DNA from: an uncultured Gemmatimonadaceae bacterium
GTDB lineage: Bacteria > Gemmatimonadota > Gemmatimonadetes > Gemmatimonadales > GWC2-71-9
DNA: 64,000 nt
Reading direction: 5' to 3'
Assembly (NCBI GenBank): GCA_964585655.1
Contig: CAZPER010000006.1
Coordinates: 6,594 to 70,593, forward strand
The notes under the pieces were generated by a model. It saw nothing but the letters and a program-made list of their open reading frames with translations. It did not search any database and was not told the origin of the DNA. This document shows positions 27,452 through 36,784 of the stretch, piece after piece. A program made the position numbers and the translations under genes. Each line of letters starts with the position of its first letter. Positions within the stretch are counted from its first letter, which is position 1.

Positions 27452-28198
27452 CTAGAGATACTGCTGGAACAGCAGCATGACGACGGTGGTCCCGCCCACC
27501 AGCAGCGCGATGGTCCGGCTCTCGGCCGCGTCGTACGCCTCGGGCAGGATCTCGATCAGGACCATGTAGACCATCGCCCCCGCGGCGAAGCCGAGGCCGA
27601 ATGGGAGCGCCGGACGGACCCGGTCCACCAGCAGGAAGGCCGGCACCGCCATCAGCGGCTGCGGCAGGGAGGAGAATACCGACCAGAACGCGCAGGTCCA
27701 GAGCGAGACCCCGCGGGGGCGCATCACGGCGGTGATGGCCAGCCCCTCGGGGATGTTGTGGATGGCGAGTGCCAGGGTGATGGCGAGCCCCAGCGACTCC
27801 CCGCCCCCGAAGGACACCCCCACTGCCACCCCCTCGGCGAAGGAGTGCACGGTCATCACCACCAGGAACAGCAGCGCGCGCCGGGCACTGACGCCCGTGA
27901 GCTGGCCGATCTCCGGCTCGTGATGTCCCAGCAGCCGCTGGGTGATGAGGATGAAGCCGATCCCCAGGGCCGCGCCCACGAACGTGCGGCTGGGACTGTG
28001 ATGCACCCCCTCCGCGAGCAGCCCGAGGCTGGCACCGAGCATGAGGCCGGCGGCGGTGGCGTTGGCGACGGCAGCGCCGCGGGAGGAGAGGCGGCGGATG
28101 AAGGCGAAGGGCACGGCCCCGAGCCCGGTCGCGAGGGCGGTGACCAGGGCGGCGAGGAAGACGGCCCAGAGGATCGGCAGCCCGAACGCGGAGGTCAC
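27452..28198 (-). CDS. ZIP family metal transporter (ZupT/GufA-like)
   Basis: VHSFAEGVAVGV..AIHNIPEGLAI..FAAGAMVYMVLIEILPE. Confidence 0.92.
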   Translation of the reverse strand: MTSAFGLPILWAVFLAALVTALATGLGAVPFAFIRRLSSRGAAVANATAAGLMLGASLGLLAEGVHHSPSRTFVGAALGIGFILITQRLLGHHEPEIGQLTGVSARRALLFLVVMTVHSFAEGVAVGVSFGGGESLGLAITLALAIHNIPEGLAITAVMRPRGVSLWTCAFWSVFSSLPQPLMAVPAFLLVDRVRPALPFGLGFAAGAMVYMVLIEILPEAYDAAESRTIALLVGGTTVVMLLFQQYL

Positions 28199-28929
28199 CG
28201 GCCACCGCCCATGAGCGCCACCACGCCGGCGGCGAGACAGACGACGACCGCGATGGCGGTGCGCCCCGCGAGGCGATAGCTGTGCGGCAGCAACTCGGCG
28301 ACGATCAGGTAGAGCAGCGCGCCGAACGAGGCGCCGACCAGCCAGGGAAGGAGCGGCGGCAGGGCGAGCACCAGGAAGAGGACCGACACCGCGACCAGTG
28401 GCTGGGTGGAGCGGGCGAGCATCGCCATCCCGGCGGCGGCCCGGCCGCGCCAGCCCCGCCCGGAGAGCAGGGCGCCGAGCACCGCGCCTTCGGAGATGTT
28501 GTGCACCGCGAAGGTGAGAATGAGGAAGCTCGCGAGCGGCGCCCCGACCCCGGCCGCGGCGCCGATCGCGACGCCCTCCACCGCGGAATGCAGGGCGCTG
28601 GCCAGGATCTCGCCGGCGTCGGTGGCCGGGGGCGAGGAGACCCGCGCGGTGTCCAGCCCCGCCGTGGCGGTGCCGCGGCCGGTTGGCGACGCGTCCGTGA
28701 GGCGCACGGCCACCAGCCCGAGCAGCGCTCCCAGGAGGGTCGGGGCCGGGGCGATGGCCTGCCCCGCGGCGAGGAGCACGTACCCGATGCCGAGCATGAG
28801 GCCGGCGGCGGCGGCGGTGGCCCAGCCGACGGCATGTCGCGCGAACCAGCCCCAGCCGCCCAGCAGCGCGCCCAGCCCCGCCGCCAGGGTGGCGGCGAGG
28901 GTGTAGAGGAGGAGGGTGGCGGGTGTCAT
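28195..28929 (-). CDS. Second, divergent ZIP family transporter
   Basis: LHSAVEGVAIG..VHNISEG..GALLYLIVAELLP; GTGA-coupled to the first ZIP gene. Confidence 0.85.
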   Translation of the reverse strand: MTPATLLLYTLAATLAAGLGALLGGWGWFARHAVGWATAAAAGLMLGIGYVLLAAGQAIAPAPTLLGALLGLVAVRLTDASPTGRGTATAGLDTARVSSPPATDAGEILASALHSAVEGVAIGAAAGVGAPLASFLILTFAVHNISEGAVLGALLSGRGWRGRAAAGMAMLARSTQPLVAVSVLFLVLALPPLLPWLVGASFGALLYLIVAELLPHSYRLAGRTAIAVVVCLAAGVVALMGGGR

Positions 28930-28984
28930 GGTGTGAGCTCCGGTAAGGTAGCGCGAACGGGCAGGGAGGGCACAGATTGCGCGC

Positions 28985-30274
28985 ATGCAGCAGTCATGGT
29001 CGGCTCGCGCCGAGAGCGCGGCCGCGGTCGCGGCACGGGTGCAGTCCGGGATGCGCGTCTTCGTCCACGGGGCGGCAATGACCCCCACGCCGCTCCTCGA
29101 CGCCCTGGTCGCCCGTACCGAGCTCCGGGGCGTCCGGCTCTATCACCTGCACCTCGAGGGGCCGGTGCCGTTCGCCCGCCCCGGGCTCAGCGAACGCCTC
29201 CGCTCCGTGTCGTTCTTTACGGGGGCGGCGCTCCGGCAGCCGATCGCCGACGACGACGCCGACTTCATCCCGGTGTTCCTGTCGGATATCCCGGGCCTCT
29301 TCACCACCCGGTCCATTCCCCTGGACGTGGCGCTGGTGCAGCTCTCCCCCCCCGACGCGCACGGCCTGTGCACCCTCGGGACCTCGGTGGACGCCGCCAA
29401 GGCGGCGGTCGAGAGCGCCGGACTGGTGCTCGCGGAGATCAACGCCCAGGTGCCGCGCACCCTCGGCAACACCGTCGTCCCGCTCGAGCGGGTCGCCGCC
29501 TTCACCCTGACCGACCGCCCGCTGCACCAGCACCCGACGGCGCCCGAAACGGAGATCGAGGCCCGCATCGGCGACCTCGTGGCGTCGCTGGTGGAGGACG
29601 GGAGCACGCTCCAGATGGGGATCGGCGGCATTCCCGGGGCGGTGCTGGCCCGGCTGCACGGCAAGCGGGATCTCGGCGTGCATACCGAGATGTTCTCGGA
29701 CCGGCTGCTGGACCTGATCGAGGCGGGGGCGGTCACGAACCGGCTCAAGGTGGTGCACCCGGGACGGACGGTCACCAGCTTCATCGCGGGGACCCGGCGC
29801 CTGTTCGACTACGTGCACGACAATCCGCTGGTGGAGTTCCACCCCGCCGACCGCACCAACGACACCTCCCTCATCCGGCGGAACCCGAGGGTGGTGGCGG
29901 TGAACTCGGCGCTGCAGGTGGACCTGACGGGACAGGTCTGCGCCGACTCCCTGGGACACCGGATCTACTCGGGGATCGGCGGACAGATGGATTTCATCCG
30001 GGGGGCGGCGCTGTCGCCCGGGGGGAAGCCCATCATTGCGCTGCCGGCGATGGCCGCCGGGGGCACGATCTCCCGCATCGTTCCGGAGCTCTCCCCCGGG
30101 GCCGGGGTGGTCACGACCCGCGGCCACGTCCACTGGATCGTCACCGAGTTCGGCGCGGCCTTCCTGCACGGGAAGACGCTGCGCGAGCGGGCCGAGGCGC
30201 TGATCGCCATTGCGCACCCGGATGCCCGGGCCGAGCTGCGGCGCGACGCCGCCCGGATCCGCGGGCGGCGCTGA
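28985..30274 (+). CDS. Acetyl-CoA hydrolase/transferase (4-hydroxybutyrate CoA-transferase-like)
   Basis: DGSTLQMGIGGIP..LGVHTEMFSD..GIGGQMDFIRGA..ERAEALIAIAHP. Confidence 0.92.
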   Translation: MQQSWSARAESAAAVAARVQSGMRVFVHGAAMTPTPLLDALVARTELRGVRLYHLHLEGPVPFARPGLSERLRSVSFFTGAALRQPIADDDADFIPVFLSDIPGLFTTRSIPLDVALVQLSPPDAHGLCTLGTSVDAAKAAVESAGLVLAEINAQVPRTLGNTVVPLERVAAFTLTDRPLHQHPTAPETEIEARIGDLVASLVEDGSTLQMGIGGIPGAVLARLHGKRDLGVHTEMFSDRLLDLIEAGAVTNRLKVVHPGRTVTSFIAGTRRLFDYVHDNPLVEFHPADRTNDTSLIRRNPRVVAVNSALQVDLTGQVCADSLGHRIYSGIGGQMDFIRGAALSPGGKPIIALPAMAAGGTISRIVPELSPGAGVVTTRGHVHWIVTEFGAAFLHGKTLRERAEALIAIAHPDARAELRRDAARIRGRR

Positions 30275-30364
30275 CCGCCGCCGGGCCGCCAGAACGGACC
30301 GCCCCCGTCCCGGAGCATCCCGGGGCGGGGGCGGTCGGCGTTCGGGGGGCGGGCCCCGGCCGGG

Positions 30365-31570
30365 CTACTGCACCGCGTTCATCATGTCGAAGATCGGGAG
30401 GTACATGGCCACGACCATGCCGCCGACGATGACGCCGAGGATGACGATCATCATCGGCTCCATCAGGGAGAGGAGCGCGCTCACCGCGACGTCCACCTCT
30501 TCGTCGTAGAAGTCGGCGATCTTGGAGAGCATCTCGTCCAGGCCGCCGGTCTGCTCGCCGACGGCGATCATCGAGATCACCATCGGGGGGAAGACCTTGG
30601 ACTTCTCCAGCGGGCCGGCGATGGTCTCGCCGCCGGCGATGGAATTGCGGGACTCCATCACCGCGTCGTGGATGACGCGGTTGCCGGCGGTCTTGGCGGT
30701 GATCTCGAGCCCGTCCAGGATCGACACGCCGGAGCTGATCAGGGTGCCGAGGGTCCGGGTGAAGCGGGAGACGGCGGACTTGCGGAGCAGGTCGCCCAGG
30801 ACCGGGGCATTGAGCAGCATCTGGTCGATCTGCTTGCGGCCGTTGGGCGTCTTGTAGTAGGAGCGAACGGCGTAGATCGCGCCCGCGATGATGAGGATCA
30901 GCGCCCACCAGTAGTTGATCAGGAAGTCCGACATCGCGATCACGATGCGGGTGGGGAGCGGCAGCTCCATCCCGACGCTGGCGAACATCTTCTGGAAGGT
31001 CGGGATGACGAAGATCAGCAGCACCGCCACCGCGATGGCGGCGACCGACATGATGACGCCCGGGTAGACCATGGCGCCCTTCACCTTGCGGATGAGGGCG
31101 TCGCTCTTTTCCAGGAAGGTGGCCAGCCGCAGCAGGATGGTGTCCAGGATGCCGCCGGCCTCGCCGGCGGCGACCATGTTCACGTACAGCTCGGTGAACG
31201 CCTTGGGGTGCTTGCTGAAGGCGTCGGCGAGGGTGTGCCCGCTCTCGACGTCGAACACCACCTGCTTGGTGACCTCCGCCAGCGAGGGGTTCTCGGTCTG
31301 GCGGGCCAGGATGTCCAGCGACTGCACCAGCGGCAGGCCCGAGTTGATCATCGTGGCGAACTGCCGGGTGAAGATGACGATGTCGCGGGTGCGGATGCCC
31401 TTCTTGCCGAAGCTGAAGGAGATCTGCTTCGGCTGCTCCCGGACGTTCACCACGATCATCTTCTGCTGCTTGATGTGCTTCAGGACGTCGTCCCGGCTGG
31501 GCACGTCCAGCGTGCCCTTCATGATCTGGCCCGAGGCGGCGTTCCGCGCGGTGTACTCGAAGACTGGCAT
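30365..31570 (-). CDS. pilC: Type IV pilus platform protein (T2SS F family)
   Basis: FTRQFATMINSGLPL..AGEAGGILD..AVGEQTGGLD..AMYLPIF. Confidence 0.95.
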   Translation of the reverse strand: MPVFEYTARNAASGQIMKGTLDVPSRDDVLKHIKQQKMIVVNVREQPKQISFSFGKKGIRTRDIVIFTRQFATMINSGLPLVQSLDILARQTENPSLAEVTKQVVFDVESGHTLADAFSKHPKAFTELYVNMVAAGEAGGILDTILLRLATFLEKSDALIRKVKGAMVYPGVIMSVAAIAVAVLLIFVIPTFQKMFASVGMELPLPTRIVIAMSDFLINYWWALILIIAGAIYAVRSYYKTPNGRKQIDQMLLNAPVLGDLLRKSAVSRFTRTLGTLISSGVSILDGLEITAKTAGNRVIHDAVMESRNSIAGGETIAGPLEKSKVFPPMVISMIAVGEQTGGLDEMLSKIADFYDEEVDVAVSALLSLMEPMMIVILGVIVGGMVVAMYLPIFDMMNAVQ

Positions 31571-31588
31571 CCGGGTCTCCTGGTCGGC

Positions 31589-32719
31589 TTAGCGGCGTCC
31601 CGCCGGCTTGGCGGGGCCCTTGTGAACCTCGCCCATCTCCTGCTCCTCGAGCGGGGTCTCCCCGCACATGCGCATCAGCTCGTTGGGGTCGCCGGAGGCC
31701 CGCAGGCATTCCTCCAGCGTCACCTCGCGGCTCATGTAGAGCTGGAAGAGCGAATCGTTCATGGTCTGCATGCCGTGCTTCTTGCCGGACTGCAGGGCGG
31801 AGTAGATCTGGTGCACCTTGTCGTCCCGGATCAGCGCCCGGATGGCGGGGGTGCAGACCATGATCTCGCAGGCCATGGCCCGGCCCCGGCCCTTGGCCTT
31901 CTGCAGCAGCGTCTGGGTCACCACCCCCTCCAGCACGAAGGCGAGCTGGGCCCGCACCTGCTGCTGCTGGTTGGACGGGAAGACGTCGATCATCCGGTTG
32001 ATCGACTCCGCCGCGGAATTGGTGTGCAGCGTGGCGAGCGCCAGGTGGCCCGTCTCGGCGATGGTGAGGCAGGCGGACATGGTCTCGAGGTCGCGCAACT
32101 CGCCCACCAGGATGACGTCGGGGTCCTCGCGCAGGGCGTACTTGAGCGCGCTGGCGAAGCTCTTGGTGTCGGTCCCGACCTCGCGCTGGTTGATGATGCA
32201 CTGCTGGTGCCGGTGGATGAACTCGATCGGGTCTTCCACCGTGATGATGTGGCCCTTGCGTTCCTTGTTGATCTTGTCGAGCACCGCGGCCAGGGTGGTG
32301 GACTTGCCCGAGCCGGTGGGGCCGGTCACCAGGATGAGCCCGCGGGGCCGCTCCGCCAGCTTGGCCATGACCGGGGGGAGGCCCAGGTCCTGGAAGGTGC
32401 GGACGTTGAACGGGATCATCCGGACCACCATGGCCACGCAGCCCCGCTGCTTGAAGACGTTGCCGCGGAACCGGGCCAGGTTCTGGATGCCGAACGAAAA
32501 GTCGAGCTCGTCCTCGGTCTCGAAGCGCTTCTTCTGGTTCTCGGTGAGCACCGAGTAGGCGAGGGCCAGGGTGTCCTTGGGCGTGAGCACGTCCGCCGCG
32601 GAGGCATTGGTGATGTCGCCGTCGATGCGGAGCTTGGCGCGTTCCCCGGCCGTGATGTGCAGGTCGGAGGCGTCCTTCTCGATCATCTCCTCGAGCAGGG
32701 CGCGCAGGTTGATCGTCAT
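31589..32719 (-). CDS. pilT: Type IV pilus retraction ATPase
   Basis: ASDLHIT; GPTGSGKST; EDPIE; ALREDPD; TLHTNSA; AIRALIRD. ATGA overlap with the pilB stop. Confidence 0.95.
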   Translation of the reverse strand: MTINLRALLEEMIEKDASDLHITAGERAKLRIDGDITNASAADVLTPKDTLALAYSVLTENQKKRFETEDELDFSFGIQNLARFRGNVFKQRGCVAMVVRMIPFNVRTFQDLGLPPVMAKLAERPRGLILVTGPTGSGKSTTLAAVLDKINKERKGHIITVEDPIEFIHRHQQCIINQREVGTDTKSFASALKYALREDPDVILVGELRDLETMSACLTIAETGHLALATLHTNSAAESINRMIDVFPSNQQQQVRAQLAFVLEGVVTQTLLQKAKGRGRAMACEIMVCTPAIRALIRDDKVHQIYSALQSGKKHGMQTMNDSLFQLYMSREVTLEECLRASGDPNELMRMCGETPLEEQEMGEVHKGPAKPAGRR

Positions 32720-34431
32720 CCAGCGGTCTCCTTGATGACCTCTTCGAGGCTGGTCACGCCCTTTTCGATCTTCTTCATGCCGTCCATGCGGAGGGTCAGC
32801 ATGCCGTCCGAGACGGCCTGGTCCCGAAGCTCCGCGACCGAGCCCCCCCGGAGGATCAGCCGGCGGAGTTCGGGTGTCATGGCCATGACTTCGTAGATGC
32901 CGGCGCGGCCCTTGTACCCGGTCCCTCCGCAAGTGTCGCACCCGCGCCCCTTCATGAAGGGGATCTCCTTGTACTGCTCGGGGTTACCCCCCAGCGCCTT
33001 GAGCTCCACGTCGGAGTAGGTATGAGGCGCCTTGCAGTCCTTGCAGATACGTCGCACGAGTCGCTGGGCCACCACCAGGTTGACCGCCGAGGCCACGTTG
33101 AAGGCCTCGATACCCATGTCGATCATGCGGGTGATGGTCGAGGGGGCGTCATTGGTGTGCAGGGTGGAGAGCACCAGGTGGCCGGTGAGGGCGGCCTTGA
33201 TGGCGATGCCGCCGGTCTCGAGGTCCCGGATCTCGCCGATCATGATGATGTTGGGATCCTGCCGCAGGAACGCCTTGAGCGCCGCCGCGAAGGTCAGCCC
33301 GATCTCGTTCCGGACCAGGACCTGGTTGATCCCCATCAGGTTGTACTCGACCGGGTCCTCCGCCGTCATGATGTTGGTCTCGATCGTGTTGACCCGGGAC
33401 AGGGCGGAGTAGAGCGTGGTGGTCTTCCCCGACCCGGTCGGCCCGGTCACGAGCACCATGCCGTAGGGGTTCAGGATGTTCCGCATCAGGTCGTCTTCGG
33501 CCTTCTGCTCGAACCCGAACTTGGACAGGTCCAGCGTCAGGTTGCCCTTGTCCAGGATCCGCATCACGATCTTCTCGCCGTAGATCACCGGCAGGGTCGA
33601 GACCCGGAAATCGATGACCCGGCTCCCCATCTTGAGCTTGAGCCGGCCGTCCTGCGGCACCCGCCGCTCGGCGATGTTGAGCTGGGAGAGGATCTTGATG
33701 CGGGAGGTGAGCGCGGCCTTCATCTTGACCGGCGGCTTCATGACCTCGAGCAGGGCGCCGTCGATCCGGTACCGCACCCGGATCTCGTGCTCGAACGGCT
33801 CGATGTGGATGTCGGAGGCGCCCCGCTTCACCGCGTCGGTGAGCAGGCCGTTGATCAGCTTCACCACCGGCGCGTCGTTGATCTGCGCCTGGCTCGCCGC
33901 CTCGTCCTCGTGCTCCTCCACCACCTCCACGTCGCTCTCGCCCAGCTCCTCCATGTCCTTGAGCAGGGTCTGGAGCTGCTGATCGGAGGACTCGTAGTGC
34001 TTCTCGATCAGGTTGCGGAGGGTGTACTCCCCGGCGATCACCGGGAAGAGGTCGTAGCGGGTGATGAACTTGAGGTCGTCGAGGACCCCGGTCTGGGTCG
34101 GGTCGGCCATCGCGATCGTCAGCGTGCGGCCCTCCCGCTTGAGCGGGAGCACCACGTGCTTGAGCGCGAAGTCCGCCGGAATCAGCTTGACCATCTTGGG
34201 ATCGACTTCAAACCGCGTGAGATCCACCGCCGGCATCCGGTACTGCCGGGCCAGCACCTTGGTGATCTCCAGCTCCTGGACCAGTCCCAGCTTGACCAGG
34301 ACGTAACCCAGGCGGTGGCCCGAAGACTTCTGCTCCGCGAGGGCCGACCCGAGCTGATCCCGGGTGATGAGCCCCTCGCGAATAAGAATGTCGCCAAGCC
34401 GGTCGTTTCCTCCGGCCGCTGCTGTTGCCAT
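32716..34431 (-). CDS. pilB: Type IV pilus assembly ATPase with N-terminal MshEN-like motif
   Basis: RLGDILIREGLI..RLGYVLV; GPTGSGKTT; LRQDP; CKDC..CDTC Zn site. Confidence 0.95.
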   Translation of the reverse strand: MATAAAGGNDRLGDILIREGLITRDQLGSALAEQKSSGHRLGYVLVKLGLVQELEITKVLARQYRMPAVDLTRFEVDPKMVKLIPADFALKHVVLPLKREGRTLTIAMADPTQTGVLDDLKFITRYDLFPVIAGEYTLRNLIEKHYESSDQQLQTLLKDMEELGESDVEVVEEHEDEAASQAQINDAPVVKLINGLLTDAVKRGASDIHIEPFEHEIRVRYRIDGALLEVMKPPVKMKAALTSRIKILSQLNIAERRVPQDGRLKLKMGSRVIDFRVSTLPVIYGEKIVMRILDKGNLTLDLSKFGFEQKAEDDLMRNILNPYGMVLVTGPTGSGKTTTLYSALSRVNTIETNIMTAEDPVEYNLMGINQVLVRNEIGLTFAAALKAFLRQDPNIIMIGEIRDLETGGIAIKAALTGHLVLSTLHTNDAPSTITRMIDMGIEAFNVASAVNLVVAQRLVRRICKDCKAPHTYSDVELKALGGNPEQYKEIPFMKGRGCDTCGGTGYKGRAGIYEVMAMTPELRRLILRGGSVAELRDQAVSDGMLTLRMDGMKKIEKGVTSLEEVIKETAG

Positions 34432-34485
34432 CGCCCCGCTGATGCTGGATTGTGAAGTGTGACAACGGTTTACGCCTATTCATCC

Positions 34486-34513
34486 AAGCTAGGCTGTCGG
34501 GGTGGGGTGTCAA
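34486..34513 (-). promoter_or_regulatory. Candidate sigma70 promoter of pilBTC
   Basis: TTGACA-16-TAGCTT on the minus strand. Confidence 0.5.
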
Positions 34514-34558
34514 GCGGCAGGCGGGCTCGACGGCTTCGCGAGGGGAGCCAGTCCCGGC

Positions 34559-35245
34559 TCAGGTGCCAACCCGCACGCGGGCCCGGATTCGGGCCAGGGT
34601 CGCCGGGCCGATCCCCGGCACCCGGACCAGGCTGTCCACCGCGGTGAAGGGGCCATGCCGTGCCCGGTGGGCCACGATCTGCTGCGCCATGTACGGGCCC
34701 ACGAACGGGAGCTCCTCCAGCTCGGCTGCCGTGGCGGTGTTGAGGTCGAGCGGCTCGGTGGTTCGGGGGGGGGCCGGTTCGCTGGCGCTCCCGCCAGCCG
34801 CAGGGGCTACCGGGGCCGCAGGTGCCACGGCGGGCGAACCGTCGGACGGCGGGACCGGCTTCCCCGAGAATGCCGCGTGCGGCCCGATGGCGGCAAGCAG
34901 CCCCGGCCCGATCCCCGGCACCCGGTCCAGACCGGCCAGGGCGCCGAACGGGCCCCGCGCCTCCCGGTCGGCCACGATCCTCCGGGCGAGCCCCACCCCC
35001 ACCCGCGGCAGCCGGGCGATCTCCGCCGCCCCCGCCCGATCCAGGTCGATGGTCTCCCCGGCTCCGAGGGGCCGACTGTGGGTCAGGCTCGAGTCCCGGT
35101 GCGCGGCGGGCGCCCCCGCCGGCCCCGCGCCAAGGAGCCGCACCTCCCCGGGTGGCGCGCCGGGAACGGCGAGCCAGCTCCGCACCCCCTGCCCCAGCAC
35201 GGCGAGCCCCAGGAGCAGCAGGACGGCGCGGCGTTCGGGAGACAT
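34559..35245 (-). CDS. comEA: ComEA-like DNA-binding protein with two helix-hairpin-helix domains
   Basis: IDLDRAGAAEIARLPRVG..VPGIGP and LDLNTATAAELEELPFVG..VPGIGP; N-terminal anchor. Confidence 0.88.
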   Translation of the reverse strand: MSPERRAVLLLLGLAVLGQGVRSWLAVPGAPPGEVRLLGAGPAGAPAAHRDSSLTHSRPLGAGETIDLDRAGAAEIARLPRVGVGLARRIVADREARGPFGALAGLDRVPGIGPGLLAAIGPHAAFSGKPVPPSDGSPAVAPAAPVAPAAGGSASEPAPPRTTEPLDLNTATAAELEELPFVGPYMAQQIVAHRARHGPFTAVDSLVRVPGIGPATLARIRARVRVGT

Positions 35246-35338
35246 GCCCACACCCTAGCAGGGAGGGGCTCGGGGCGAGGCACCAGCGGACGCAGCGCGG
35301 GGTGCCGAAACGAGCGAACGGGCGGCCCTCGTGGCCGC

Positions 35339-36784
35339 CTACCCCCCGAACCGCCGCTGGAGAATCAGCCGCAGCATCCGGAGCGCGGTCTTCGCCAGCT
35401 GGGGATACCCGGTGGAGTGCTTCGACACGCCGGCGATGCGCGGGTAGTAGCTCACCGGGATCTCGATCACCCGGCGGTGCAGCCGCAGCACCTCCACCAT
35501 CACCTCCGGCGCGAACTCGGGTCCGATCCCGGTGAGCCGGGGCCGGATCTTCTCATACACGTCGCGCCAGATGGCGCGGTAGGTGCACCCGACATCGGTG
35601 AAGCGGGTGTAGTTCCGCACCCAGAGGAACTGGATCAGCTTCCCCACCGCCACGTTGGCCCAGCGCACCGGCCCCTGCATGTTGGTCCCCTGCTCCACCA
35701 TCTGCCGGGTGGTGCGGGTGCCCATGACCAGGTCGGCGTCCTTCATGTACTCGAGCAGCTTGCCCAGGTCCTTGGCGCGGAAGGAGTGGTCGGCCTCGGT
35801 GAGGACCAGGATATCTCCCGACGCCTTGGATAGCCCGAAGCGCAACGCATCCCCGTAGCCGCGCAGCGCCGTGGAGTGCACCGTGGCGCCTTCCGCCCGG
35901 GCGATCTCCGCCGTGCCGTCGGTCGAGTTGTTGTCGGCCACCACGACCTCGTCCACGTGGGGTCGGAAGTCCCGCACCACGGTGCCGATGGACCCCGCCT
36001 CGTTCCACGCCGGGATGATCACGCTCACCTTGTAGCGCCGGAACTCGCGGCTCCGCACCAGGTAATTGGCGTAGTTCTGGTCCTCGACGGTGTTGATGTT
36101 GTAGTAGTCGCCCTCGAGGGGAAAGGCGCGGACCGGCCGCCCTTCCCGGACCAGGGTGTGAATCGCGTCGGTCAGCTCCACCCGCCCGCTCCGGGCGCTG
36201 GGCGGGGTGCGATCGATGGCGTCGAAGATCGAGGGCCGGAAGACGTAGGTGCCGCAGCCGAGCCAGGGCTCGGCGATGGCCTCGGGCTTCTCCTCGAGGC
36301 TGGTGATGAGCCCGTCCCGGATGGTGAGGGCGTAGTTCTTCCGGATGCGGGTGAGGTCCTCGGTCCGCAGCACCGCGCAGCCGGCTTCCCACGGCTCGGC
36401 CAGGGGGAGCAGCCGTTCGTGGTTCGACTCGATGTACAGCTCGTCCCCGAGGATGGTGACGAAGGGCTCGGCCAGGTGCGGCCGGGCGAGGTAGAGCCCG
36501 CGGGCCAGCCCGATCTTCGGGTCGGGGACATCCACGTAGCGCACGGTGACGCCATGGGCGCTCCCGTCCCCGAGGCAGGCGCGCACTTGCTGGGCCATGT
36601 GGCCGACGATCACGATGAGGTCGCGGATGCCGAGGCGGTCCCGCAGGGTCTCGAGGTTGCGGACCAGGAGCGGCTTGCCGGCGACCTCGAGCAGGACCTT
36701 GGGGGTGTGGACGGTGCGCGGGTAGGCCCGCACCCCCTGGCCGGCCGCGGTGAGGACGCCGAGTCGGATGGGGGACTCGGTCAC
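35339..36784 (-). CDS. Sugar-phosphate nucleotidyltransferase-GT2 glycosyltransferase fusion
   Basis: AAGQGVRAYPRT..PK..LGDE..EEKP..VELTDA; then VIIPAWNE..ADNNSTDGT..GYGDA..EAD..FTDVGCTYR. Confidence 0.88.
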   Translation of the reverse strand: MTESPIRLGVLTAAGQGVRAYPRTVHTPKVLLEVAGKPLLVRNLETLRDRLGIRDLIVIVGHMAQQVRACLGDGSAHGVTVRYVDVPDPKIGLARGLYLARPHLAEPFVTILGDELYIESNHERLLPLAEPWEAGCAVLRTEDLTRIRKNYALTIRDGLITSLEEKPEAIAEPWLGCGTYVFRPSIFDAIDRTPPSARSGRVELTDAIHTLVREGRPVRAFPLEGDYYNINTVEDQNYANYLVRSREFRRYKVSVIIPAWNEAGSIGTVVRDFRPHVDEVVVADNNSTDGTAEIARAEGATVHSTALRGYGDALRFGLSKASGDILVLTEADHSFRAKDLGKLLEYMKDADLVMGTRTTRQMVEQGTNMQGPVRWANVAVGKLIQFLWVRNYTRFTDVGCTYRAIWRDVYEKIRPRLTGIGPEFAPEVMVEVLRLHRRVIEIPVSYYPRIAGVSKHSTGYPQLAKTALRMLRLILQRRFGG

